32,000 bases of DNA from Acetatifactor sp. (GCA_016290775.1 JAEEVF010000006.1:51990-83989), one strand, 5' to 3'. Shown: positions 18,189-25,611, counted from the first letter of the stretch. Translations and numbers: made by a program. Notes: generated by a model not told the origin, from the sequence alone.

Positions 18189-18431
18189 TTAGATGGACTC
18201 ATGGAAGGTACGGGAGATAACGTCTGCCTGCTGCTCGGGAGTGAGCTTGATGAAGTTTACAGCGTATCCGGAAACGCGGATCGTCAGCTGAGGATACTTC
18301 TCAGGGTTCTTCTGAGCGTCCAGAAGGGTCTCTCTGTTAAGAACGTTTACGTTCAGGTGGTGGCCACCCTTGGTTGCGTAGCCATCCAGTAAGTTAACCA
18401 GGTTGTCAACCTGTGCTTTAGATGCTGCCAT
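18189..18431 (-). CDS. Free-standing glycyl-radical domain (80 aa): the detached C-terminus of PFL, GrcA/YfiD-like
   Basis: [80 protein letters not shown] carries the RVSGYAV glycyl-radical signature and aligns to the last ~80 residues of E. coli PflB (from memory). It has its own AGGAGG-N8-ATG. Confidence 0.85.
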   Translation of the reverse strand: MAASKAQVDNLVNLLDGYATKGGHHLNVNVLNRETLLDAQKNPEKYPQLTIRVSGYAVNFIKLTPEQQADVISRTFHESI

Positions 18432-18454
18432 TGTTTTTTCCTCCTAATTTTCTA

Positions 18455-18661
18455 TTATTTGTAATCGTCTAAGCCTTGGTGAAGAGTCGGAACACTGCAT
18501 GCCAGGGGAGTTCTGGAACAATCCGTGCATCCCATGGTCTGAACGGTCTTGGATTGATCCGCCTGTGCCTCGTCAGTGTCGACGTTCACGTGGCCTACGC
18601 CGTTTGCAAAGCCTTCATCCAACATTTTTACAAGATCGTCAATCTTCTTTTGATCGTCCAT
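18455..18661 (-). CDS. 68-aa Cys-containing mini-protein between the PFL core and the glycyl-radical domain; function unknown
   Basis: AGGAGG-N8-ATG at 18661 (the ORF track starts 9 nt earlier, at a GTG inside the spacer). Sequence: MDDQKKIDDLVKMLDEGFANGVGHVNVDTDEAQADQSKTVQTMGCTDCSRTPLACSVPTLHQGLDDYK. The N-terminal ~23 residues resemble [23 protein letters not shown] of the next cistron. No RVSGY motif. Confidence 0.5.
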   Translation of the reverse strand: MDDQKKIDDLVKMLDEGFANGVGHVNVDTDEAQADQSKTVQTMGCTDCSRTPLACSVPTLHQGLDDYK

Positions 18662-18693
18662 TGGTTTCACCTCCTGACCAATATATAGTTTTA

Positions 18694-20733
18694 TTATTTG
18701 TTGAGATCTACTTCGATGTCGCCGGCGAATACCTTATCCTCTTTACCAAGAGCGCCAGGGATGATGGTGAAGGTATTGGAGATACCATCCTGTGCATCAT
18801 TGAAGGGCAGCTTGGATACGGAAGACAGGGATGCAACTGCACCGTGGCTGTCACGGCCGTGCATGGGGTTAGCACCAGGAGCGAAAGGCTGGCCCTTACG
18901 ACGTCCGTCAGGCGTATTACCGGTAGCCTTACCATAGGTAACGTTAGAGGTAATGGTCAGAATGGAAGTGGTAGGGAAGCCATCTCTGTAGGTGTGATGT
19001 CTTCTGATAGCGGTCATGAACTTGTGAACGATGTCCTGAGCGATCTCATCAACACGGTCATCATCATTACCATACTTAGGGAAGTCACCAGTGGTCTTGA
19101 AGTCAACGATGATGCCATCCTCGTCACGGATCACTTCAACCTTAGCATACTTGATTGCGGACAGGGAGTCTGCAACGATGGAAAGACCAGCGATACCGGT
19201 TGCGAAATATCTGCGAACGTCTCTGTCATGAAGAGCCATCTCTGCTCTCTCATAGCAGTACTTGTCATGCATGTAGTGGATGATGTTCAGGGTGTTAACG
19301 TAAACGTCTGCCTGCCACTCGATCATATCCATGAACTTGTCGTAAACATCCTGATACTCAAGAACGTCACCGGTTACAGGACGATACTTAGGACCTACCT
19401 GCTTCTTGGTTACTTCATCGATACCACCGTTCAGAGCGTACAGTAAGCACTTAGCCAGGTTAGCACGAGCGCCGAAGAACTGCATTTCCTTACCGATTCT
19501 CATGGAGGATACGCAGCAAGCGATGCCGTAGTCATCACCATGGGTTACTCTCATCAGGTCGTCGTTCTCGTACTGGATGGAAGAGGTCTGGATGGACAGC
19601 TTCGCGCAGTATCTCTTCCAAGCTTCAGGAAGTCTGGTGGACCAAAGAACGGTCAGGTTGGGCTCGGGTGAAGCGCCCAGGTTGGTCAGGGTGTTCAGGT
19701 AACGGAAGCTCATCTTGGTTACCATGTGTCTGCCGTCAACGCCAACGCCGCCGAGGGACTCGGTTACCCAAACGGGATCGCCTGCGAAGATCTGGTTGTA
19801 CTCAGGAGTACGAGCAAACTTGATGCAACGAAGCTTCATGATGAAGTGGTCAACGAACTCCTGGATCTGCTCCTCGGTGAAGGTGCCGTTAGCCAGGTCA
19901 CGCTCAGCGTAGATGTCAAGGAAGGTAGAGGTACGGCCAAGGGACATTGCAGCACCGTTCTGCTCCTTAACTGCGCACAGATATCCGAAGTAAGTAGCCT
20001 GAATTGCTTCCTGAACGTTGGTTGCAGGATTGGAGATGTCGCAGCCATAGGATGCAGCCATTTCCTTCATCATCTTCAAAGCAACGATCTGCTCGGAGAT
20101 CTCCTCGCGAAGACGGATCACGTCATCGGTCATTACGCGGCCGGTGGAATCCTTCTGCGCCTGCTTGTCCTCGATCAGTCTGTCGATACCGTAAAGAGCA
20201 ACTCTTCTGTAGTCGCCAATGATACGGCCACGGCCATATGCATCAGGAAGACCGGTGATGATGTGGGAAGAACGGCAAGCTCTCATCTCTGCGTTGTAAG
20301 CATCGAAGCAACCTGCGTTGTGAGTCTTTCTGTGAACGGAGAAGAACTCGGAGATCTCAGGATCTACTTCATAGCCGTTGTCAGAGCAAGCCTTCTCTGC
20401 CATACGGATACCGCCGTAAGGCTGAAGGGAACGCTTGAAGGGCTTGTCAGTCTGGAAGCCTACGATGGTCTCCTTGCTCTTGTCAAGATATCCAGGGCCG
20501 TGAGAGGTGATGGTGGAGATAACCTTGGTGTCCATGTCAAGAACGCCGCCGGCTTCTCTTTCCTTCTTCTGAAGATCAAGAACCATGTTCCAAAGGTCCT
20601 TGGTGTTCTGGGTGGGGCCGGCCAGGAAGGACTCATCACCGTCATAGGGATGATAATTTCTCTGGATGAAGTCACGAACGTTAACTTCCTTGTCCCACTT
20701 GCCACGTACAAAATCTGTTTCAATTGGTTTCAT
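18694..20733 (-). CDS. pflB: Pyruvate formate-lyase (formate C-acetyltransferase) catalytic core, lacking the C-terminal glycyl-radical domain
   Basis: PFL-typical sequence throughout, including the active-site Cys pair in [12 protein letters not shown]. It ends ...[25 protein letters not shown]-stop, whereas full-length PFLs continue for ~80 residues through RVSGY. AGGAGG SD sits 9 nt before ATG 20733. Confidence 0.92.
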   Translation of the reverse strand: MKPIETDFVRGKWDKEVNVRDFIQRNYHPYDGDESFLAGPTQNTKDLWNMVLDLQKKEREAGGVLDMDTKVISTITSHGPGYLDKSKETIVGFQTDKPFKRSLQPYGGIRMAEKACSDNGYEVDPEISEFFSVHRKTHNAGCFDAYNAEMRACRSSHIITGLPDAYGRGRIIGDYRRVALYGIDRLIEDKQAQKDSTGRVMTDDVIRLREEISEQIVALKMMKEMAASYGCDISNPATNVQEAIQATYFGYLCAVKEQNGAAMSLGRTSTFLDIYAERDLANGTFTEEQIQEFVDHFIMKLRCIKFARTPEYNQIFAGDPVWVTESLGGVGVDGRHMVTKMSFRYLNTLTNLGASPEPNLTVLWSTRLPEAWKRYCAKLSIQTSSIQYENDDLMRVTHGDDYGIACCVSSMRIGKEMQFFGARANLAKCLLYALNGGIDEVTKKQVGPKYRPVTGDVLEYQDVYDKFMDMIEWQADVYVNTLNIIHYMHDKYCYERAEMALHDRDVRRYFATGIAGLSIVADSLSAIKYAKVEVIRDEDGIIVDFKTTGDFPKYGNDDDRVDEIAQDIVHKFMTAIRRHHTYRDGFPTTSILTITSNVTYGKATGNTPDGRRKGQPFAPGANPMHGRDSHGAVASLSSVSKLPFNDAQDGISNTFTIIPGALGKEDKVFAGDIEVDLNK

Positions 20734-20779
20734 TGCGAAATGCCTCCTCTTATAATATTTTTGGAATGAATGAATGGTT

Positions 20780-20807
20780 AAAATTGTCAGATTTTATCGA
20801 CAATTTT
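20780..20807. promoter_or_regulatory. Inverted repeat AAAATTGTC-N10-GACAATTTT in the pflB leader (candidate operator or weak leader hairpin)
   Basis: 9-nt perfect arms at 20780-20788 and 20799-20807. It lies between the predicted -10 and the pflB SD. Confidence 0.3.
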
Positions 20808-20827
20808 GCGCTTCTAATTCTACTGTC

Positions 20828-20856
20828 ATTATATTGAAAACAAGGGTTACAGTCAA
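20828..20856 (-). promoter_or_regulatory. Near-consensus sigma-A promoter for the pfl operon
   Basis: The minus strand reads TTGACT (20856-20851), 17-nt spacer, TATAAT (20833-20828), about 95 nt upstream of the pflB ATG. Confidence 0.6.
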
Positions 20857-21002
20857 GGTGGTTGGGTGTCCTTTTTTAAATACAAAATACAATGTTCACG
20901 AACGTTCCCACTTGCAATCACGTAAAAATCATGATACGATATTTCACGACTTAAAAAAGCAAGATTCCGGCCATTGGCCGTGTTTGAAAGGAGTAAAGAA
21001 TC

Positions 21003-21194
21003 ATGACAGGTATCACGAAAGAGATGACGATCGGCGAGATCCTTCGCAAGAGCCCTGAAGTGGCTCCCGTTTTGTTAGAGGCAGGCATGCATTGCCTTGG
21101 ATGTCCTTCCGCACAGGGCGAATCCATTGAGGAGGCTGCGCTGGTGCATGGCATTGACATTGACGAGCTGATGGCAGCCATCGAGCAGCTTTGA
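21003..21194 (+). CDS. DUF1858 / hybrid-cluster-protein-associated redox disulfide domain protein (63 aa)
   Basis: [49 protein letters not shown] contains the CxxC motif in the characteristic DUF1858 context. AGGAG SD. Confidence 0.85.
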   Translation: MTGITKEMTIGEILRKSPEVAPVLLEAGMHCLGCPSAQGESIEEAALVHGIDIDELMAAIEQL

Positions 21195-21233
21195 TCTGCT
21201 CCGGCGACCTGCGCAAAACAAGTAAAAAGAAAC

Positions 21234-21270
21234 AAGCCCTGGATGCCGGAGCATTCAGGGCTTTTCTTTT
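21234..21270. terminator. Bidirectional intrinsic terminator between the DUF1858 gene and convergent mecA
   Basis: AAGCCCTG-gatgccggagcatt-CAGGGCTT followed by TTCTTTTG. The minus strand reads ...CAGGGCTTGTTTCTTTTT. Confidence 0.7.
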
Positions 21271-21283
21271 GTTATTGAGTTTT

Positions 21284-21973
21284 TTAGTTTGCCAGATTCT
21301 GTATGCAGTTGGAAGCCATGATGGTTTCACAATGCTCCTTGAGGAAGATCTCGCTGATGCCGCCGCGCACCACCTTGCCGTACTCGGAGAGCACGTTGCA
21401 AAGCCTGCCGTAATCCTCCGGCGTGGCCTCGCCCTTACTGATGGTGAGCAAATACTGGTCCTTTTTTGTGTCCTTGTAAAGTGCGGTAGGGCATGGGCAG
21501 GCACTCCCGATCTGGGATGCCGCGTCCATAACTTCGGAAATCGAAGAAAAGACAAAGATGCGGGTGGGGCGCGCCGGATCGTCTGGCACGGGCTCCTCCT
21601 TTAATTGCTCGGCGAAGGGACGCAGGCGATCCTGCAATTCTTCGTCATAGCCTTCAAAGTCATCCCCTTCCTCGTAGGAGTCGTTGCTTGGCGAGAACCG
21701 CGCAAACCGCGTGTCCAGCTCCTCGGGATCCTCCACCTTCGTGATCAGGAGCACTACGCACTCCGCGTTCATGGGAATGGCTTCTATCATCAGGGGAATG
21801 TCTTCCGCCTCGAAACCAAATTCAAAATTGGCCTGCTGCATCATCTCCCGAAAGAGGCGTTTGGCCTTTTCGGTGCCATATGCAAGCTCGCTCAGCTTGA
21901 GCTGGCGGCTGGCCAGATCTTCTTTTGTCAAGGTGCAGCGAATCTGATTATCATTGATCTTTTCAATTTTCAT
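21284..21973 (-). CDS. mecA: Adaptor protein MecA (ClpC/ClpE adaptor)
   Basis: MKIEKINDNQIRCTLTKEDLASRQLKLSELAYGTEKAKRLFREMMQQA is the typical MecA N-domain, followed by an acidic linker and a C-terminal domain. The start is chosen at ATG 21973, 8 nt after GGAAGG. Confidence 0.85.
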   Translation of the reverse strand: MKIEKINDNQIRCTLTKEDLASRQLKLSELAYGTEKAKRLFREMMQQANFEFGFEAEDIPLMIEAIPMNAECVVLLITKVEDPEELDTRFARFSPSNDSYEEGDDFEGYDEELQDRLRPFAEQLKEEPVPDDPARPTRIFVFSSISEVMDAASQIGSACPCPTALYKDTKKDQYLLTISKGEATPEDYGRLCNVLSEYGKVVRGGISEIFLKEHCETIMASNCIQNLAN

Positions 21974-21995
21974 ATGCATCGCCTTCCTTTCCTTT

Positions 21996-22024
21996 ATCAT
22001 ATACTTTCGCCCCAAGTTCGTCAA
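21996..22024 (-). promoter_or_regulatory. Candidate sigma-A promoter for mecA
   Basis: The minus strand reads TTGACG (22024-22019), 17 nt, TATGAT (22001-21996). Confidence 0.5.
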
Positions 22025-22067
22025 TATTGGCCCCCTTAAGTTTAGTAAAATTTAAGAAAAGCGCATC

Positions 22068-22096
22068 TTGCTTTCCGGGTGCCCGTAGGTTATAAT
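22068..22096 (+). promoter_or_regulatory. Near-consensus sigma-A promoter with no protein gene for ~650 nt downstream
   Basis: TTGCTT (22068-22073), 17 nt, TATAAT (22091-22096). It is followed directly by the hairpin GCCTCC-g-GCAC-tcttg-GTGC-ggaa-GGGAGGC (22111-22141). Confidence 0.5.
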
Positions 22097-22750
22097 CTTT
22101 CTTAGCAAGCGCCTCCGGCACTCTTGGTGCGGAAGGGAGGCAAGCGACAAAGGCATTCACGAGACCTATTAAGATTCTCGGGCATTTCGCCCAAAATTTT
22201 CACTTTTTTGATTTATTTGGACTAGGTATGGTTATTTTATGGGGTAATTGTATTTTCAGTCTTACAAGTCTGTGATCAAGTTTCATGAATCCTTCTTTTG
22301 TTTTCACGCGTATAATTCAAAATCGAAACGAAAGCACCGCTAGGAGCGTTTGCGAGTCTTTAGGACAGATCAAAAGGCAATTTTTTAGGGAATTGGTATA
22401 TCACGGAGTCCTTTTGGCCTTGGATTGCTTTAAATATGGTCTGTACGTGGGAAGGGAGGGAGATACGAGAAGTGGTCCGCGCGGCGGCTGGATAAGAGGC
22501 CTGCGCATCGGGCCAAAGAATGATCGGATGGGCGTTGATCTTGCCGAAATCACAAAAAGGAGAGCGTCCATGCCTTTTTTACGTAAAAATCATCAAATGT
22601 TTTGAATTACCTAGTGACGCGAAAGCGTTTCCGTGGTAAACTGTTAGTAAATAAGCGGCGCAAGGGAGGCAAAGTCCGTTTGGCCAAAGCCTTTCTTGCG
22701 CACTTCGAATGAGAAAACATAAAAGAAACTGCACATGGAAAGGCTGTATC

Positions 22751-24460
22751 ATGAGAAGAAAAATATTCCCGATACTGATCGCCCTGCTTTTGATGATCCT
22801 GATCGGAGGCGGCGCGGTCGGCGTGTGGTTGAAGGATAAATATTCCTACGGGACAGATGAGATGGACCTTCGGACCTATTTTGAAGTGGAGGAAGGCAAG
22901 CTCGTCATTTTCGTTGGGAACGAGCGGATCGCGGAAAAGGCGCCGGTCCAGGACGGGGTGTGTTACCTCAACCTGAACTTCGTAAAGAGCCGCATCAATG
23001 ACGGCTTCTACTATGACAGAAGCGAAAAGAAATTGCTTTATACGGACGCCGCGGGCACCTTTGAGGCGACCCCGGGCGAGAAGGAGTATTCCTTCTACGA
23101 CGTAAAGAACGTTTCGGAATATCCGCCCTGCATTGTCTTAAATGACCTGATCTACGTGGCATTGCCTTACGCGGCGATGCTTTCCGACTTGGAATATCAA
23201 GTCAGTGATTATCGTTTACAGCTTGTCACCTCGTGGGAGCCATATGAAGCCGCGCAGGTGACCAAGGACACTAAGATCCGTTACCGCGGAGGTATCAAGA
23301 GCGAGGTCCTGTGCGACGTATCCCAGGGCGAAACGGTGGAGGTTCTCGAAAACCTCGAGAAGTGGTGCCGCGTTCGCAACAAAGACGGCGTGATCGGATA
23401 CATGGAGAACAAATTCCTGGGCGCGACCACGACGGTGACGCCGGAAAAGAAGACGGGAAGCGCCGGATACGTGGCGCCGGAATATACCATGGAACACTTG
23501 AGTGAAAAGGTTTGTCTTGGCTGGCACGCCATTGGAGGCGTTGGCGGTAACGCAACTCTGGAGGAAGTGGTGGGAAGCGCCATCGGCATGAACGTGATCG
23601 CGCCGACCTGGTTTAGCTTAAAGGACAGCGAAGGGAACTTTAGAAGCTTTGCGGAAAGTGATTACGTGAAGCGGGCGCATAAATACGGGCTTGAGGTCTG
23701 GGGCACTTGGGATGATTTCAACTATCGCGCCGAGACCGGAGAAAAGGTGGATGAGACGGCAGTCTTTGCGACCACGACGGCCCGCAGAAGAATCGTGAAA
23801 AATATGGTGGACACCACCGTGGGATATGGTATCGACGGCATCAATCTGGACTTCGAGAAACTGCCTGCGGATGCCTGGGAATACTTCGGACAGTTCCTGA
23901 AGGAACTCTCGGTGGAATGCCGAAAGAACAAGATCAAGCTTTCCGTGGACAATTACATGCCGAACGAAGGCAACAAGCAGTATCGCCTTGACGTACAGGG
24001 ACAGGTCGTGGACTACGTGATCCTGATGGGCTATGATGAGCACTGGCATGGCAGCGGGAAGCCCGGAAGCGTTGCAAGCATTGGCTTTATCACGGACGGC
24101 ATCGCGAAGACGCTGGAAAGCGTTCCTGCCGAGAAACTTGTCAATGCAGTTCCGTTCTACACCATCCTTTGGAAGATTGAAGGATCTACCGTTACGGATG
24201 AGTACCTGACCTTGAACAACGAGCCCGGATTCGTTCGCAGAATGGGTGTTGAGACGGTTTGGGACGAGGAAGCCGGTCAGAATTACATGGAGTGGACGCA
24301 AGGCTCCAAGACATACAAGTGTTGGCTCGAGGATCTGGATTCCATCAGCATGAAGCTGAACGTGATGAGCGCGAATGACCTGGCAGGCGTGGCCGCCTGG
24401 AGACTTGGCTATGGCACGCAGGACGTGTGGACGCTACTTAGTGCGTTCAAGCAGATGTAA
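22751..24460 (+). CDS. Membrane-anchored GH18 peptidoglycan/chitin-type hydrolase (SleL/YaaH/YdhD-like) with a Cu-amine-oxidase-N-like stalk and an SH3b domain
   Basis: Start MRRKIFPILIALLLMILIGGG (signal anchor) follows GGAAAGG. SH3b-like segment: IRYRGGIKSEVLCDVSQGETVEVLENLEKWCRVRNKDGVIGYMENKFL. The GH18 catalytic motif IDGINLDFE is the D-G-x-N-x-D-F-E variant seen in spore-cortex GH18 enzymes. Confidence 0.85.
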   Translation: MRRKIFPILIALLLMILIGGGAVGVWLKDKYSYGTDEMDLRTYFEVEEGKLVIFVGNERIAEKAPVQDGVCYLNLNFVKSRINDGFYYDRSEKKLLYTDAAGTFEATPGEKEYSFYDVKNVSEYPPCIVLNDLIYVALPYAAMLSDLEYQVSDYRLQLVTSWEPYEAAQVTKDTKIRYRGGIKSEVLCDVSQGETVEVLENLEKWCRVRNKDGVIGYMENKFLGATTTVTPEKKTGSAGYVAPEYTMEHLSEKVCLGWHAIGGVGGNATLEEVVGSAIGMNVIAPTWFSLKDSEGNFRSFAESDYVKRAHKYGLEVWGTWDDFNYRAETGEKVDETAVFATTTARRRIVKNMVDTTVGYGIDGINLDFEKLPADAWEYFGQFLKELSVECRKNKIKLSVDNYMPNEGNKQYRLDVQGQVVDYVILMGYDEHWHGSGKPGSVASIGFITDGIAKTLESVPAEKLVNAVPFYTILWKIEGSTVTDEYLTLNNEPGFVRRMGVETVWDEEAGQNYMEWTQGSKTYKCWLEDLDSISMKLNVMSANDLAGVAAWRLGYGTQDVWTLLSAFKQM

Positions 24461-24517
24461 CGATGACGCAGCTTCTGCCGCGTCCATACAAGAAGAGTTT
24501 GTTAGCCGACATAAAGA

Positions 24518-24555
24518 CAGCCCTGCAAGCATTGCTTGCGGGGCTGCTTTGTTTT
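24518..24555. terminator. Intrinsic terminator between convergent genes
   Basis: CAGCCCTGCAAGC-att-GCTTGCGGGGCTG followed by CTTTGTTTT. Confidence 0.7.
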
Positions 24556-24565
24556 ACCTTACGTA

Positions 24566-25378
24566 TTATCTTGCGATCTTCTTCTTGCTGTAAGCGGAGC
24601 CTGCAAAGCAGAGCACTGCGCCTGCGAAGAGAATGATCATGGTAGCGTTCTCACCGGTCTTAGGAGATGCGGGAGTACCGCTGCTCGTCGTGGTGGAAGA
24701 ACTAGATGAAGTTGCGGTGCCGGTAGCGGTTCCAGTGGATCCGGTAGGCGTAGCGGAATAGCTTGTCGTCGGGGTCTTGTTCTCGCCGTTTTCAACGCGG
24801 AGCGAGTTTGCTGCATAGTTGTAGGTGTCGCTCAGGACTCTGCCGTTGTCAACGAACTGTACGTGAGCCACTTTGCCGACTGCAGCAACGTTCATCTTCA
24901 TGCTTGATTCCTTGTTCATGGAAATGAGCTCAGCGTCATTCATTACGTTACATATGCTGTCGTCGTAGATATAAACGTTTTTGCAGGTACCGTTCAGGGA
25001 TGCAATGCTGCCCTTGAGAACATATACGTCCTTAACTTCAGCGGTGGTAGAAAACGTTACGCCGGTAGTTACGTTGTAGATCGTGAGGTTCTCCAGCTTT
25101 GCGCTGATCTTCAGATCGGTCAGGTTCGGAGCTCCGGTCTCGCCCAAGATCACGAGCGTGTCGCCATCTTTGATGTTCTGATAAAGATAAGCCAGATCAC
25201 CGGTTCCCTTGGAAAGATCCCAACTGGAAAGGGGCTGTGCTCTCCACTCACTCATTGAGGGGACATATTTCAGCGAATAGGTCGTGCCAGCTGCCTTTAC
25301 CTTCATGGTTGCCTGAGGCAGAAGAGCCACCAGGGCAATGGCGAGCGTGGTTGCAAGAATACGTTTGAACAGTTTCAT
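24566..25378 (-). CDS. Sortase-anchored cell-wall surface protein (270 aa) with an SPKTG sorting signal
   Basis: AAGGAGG SD before ATG 25378. Signal peptide MKLFKRILATTLAIALVALLPQATMKVKA. Ser/Thr-rich stalk TGSTGTATGTATSSSSSTTTSSGTPA. C-terminus SPKTG + hydrophobic segment + KKKIAR; (S/P)PxTG is the clostridial SrtB-type motif. Confidence 0.8.
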   Translation of the reverse strand: MKLFKRILATTLAIALVALLPQATMKVKAAGTTYSLKYVPSMSEWRAQPLSSWDLSKGTGDLAYLYQNIKDGDTLVILGETGAPNLTDLKISAKLENLTIYNVTTGVTFSTTAEVKDVYVLKGSIASLNGTCKNVYIYDDSICNVMNDAELISMNKESSMKMNVAAVGKVAHVQFVDNGRVLSDTYNYAANSLRVENGENKTPTTSYSATPTGSTGTATGTATSSSSSTTTSSGTPASPKTGENATMIILFAGAVLCFAGSAYSKKKIAR

Positions 25379-25611
25379 TTTTTGTTTTCCTCCTTCTCGT
25401 AAGCATTTTACAATGAAAATCACAACGTAATCCTATAAATTTACAACATTCAGATAAATTATAAGCTAAATTTCTAAGAAAAGCAATCATCTTTCAGAAA
25501 ACTTAAGAAAGTTTCGCATTGGAAAAGACGTAGCATAATTCTAACAGTTGTGTTATAATATCTTGGAATATGCGGAAAAATAGGCAATTTTTGAAGGCAG
25601 ATCGGAACCAG

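Noticed and set aside
18455-18661. RiPP (sactipeptide/ranthipeptide/SCIFF-like) precursor next to a radical SAM enzyme
   Set aside because: The neighbouring radical SAM protein is a canonical 255-aa PflA without a SPASM/twitch extension. The peptide has only three Cys and its N-terminus is homologous to the PFL radical-domain start, so a PFL-related role is more parsimonious.
18432-18745. Group I intron, intein or simple frameshift as the explanation for the interrupted pflB
   Set aside because: - Each downstream piece has its own consensus SD and ATG, and the core ends in a clean stop after a 12-residue tail.
- The insert (~0.3 kb) encodes a plausible protein and has no intein blocks.
- It is at the low end of group I intron size, and I recognise no P-helix hallmarks.
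- Splicing is not formally excluded without cDNA.
18499-20769. Plus-strand ORFs of 315 and 347 aa across the pfl region
   Set aside because: They lie antisense to pflB, whose identity is unambiguous. They are shadow ORFs.
20734-21002. ZTP (pfl-motif) riboswitch upstream of pflB
   Set aside because: I looked for the conserved GGGTCGTGAC...CCGGGCGGA...CCGCCTGGGC elements on the minus strand and found none. The leader is short and AT-rich.
21013-21604. ORFs 21013-21555 (-) and 21191-21604 (+)
   Set aside because: They overlap the DUF1858 gene, a terminator and mecA. Their composition is Arg/Ala/Pro/Ser-rich and they have no SD. mecA in the other frame explains the open reading.
22330-22600. 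c-di-AMP (ydaO) or ykkC-type riboswitch in the GH18 upstream region
   Set aside because: Fragments such as CACGGAGTCC, TTAGGGAATTGG, GGTCCGCGCGGCGGCTGGATAAGAGGCC and GCCGAAATCAC resemble pieces of these motifs. They are in the wrong order or spacing, and the hallmark ACAGCTAACC (ydaO) or GGGA-AAAAGCCCGGGAGA (ykkC) segments are missing. This needs a covariance-model scan to settle.
22285-22605. 106-aa plus-strand ORF in the long intergenic region
   Set aside because: It has no SD before its ATG, and its composition is unusual (GREGDTRSGPRGGWIRGLRIGPK). I see no family resemblance. Only its last 11 codons have an SD, and these are reported separately as a possible uORF.
23618-24301. 227-aa minus-strand ORF inside the GH18 gene, together with similar shadows at 25747-26658 and 28127-28615
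   Set aside because: They lie antisense to genes with clear family motifs (GH18, Sua5/TsaC, dCMP deaminase).
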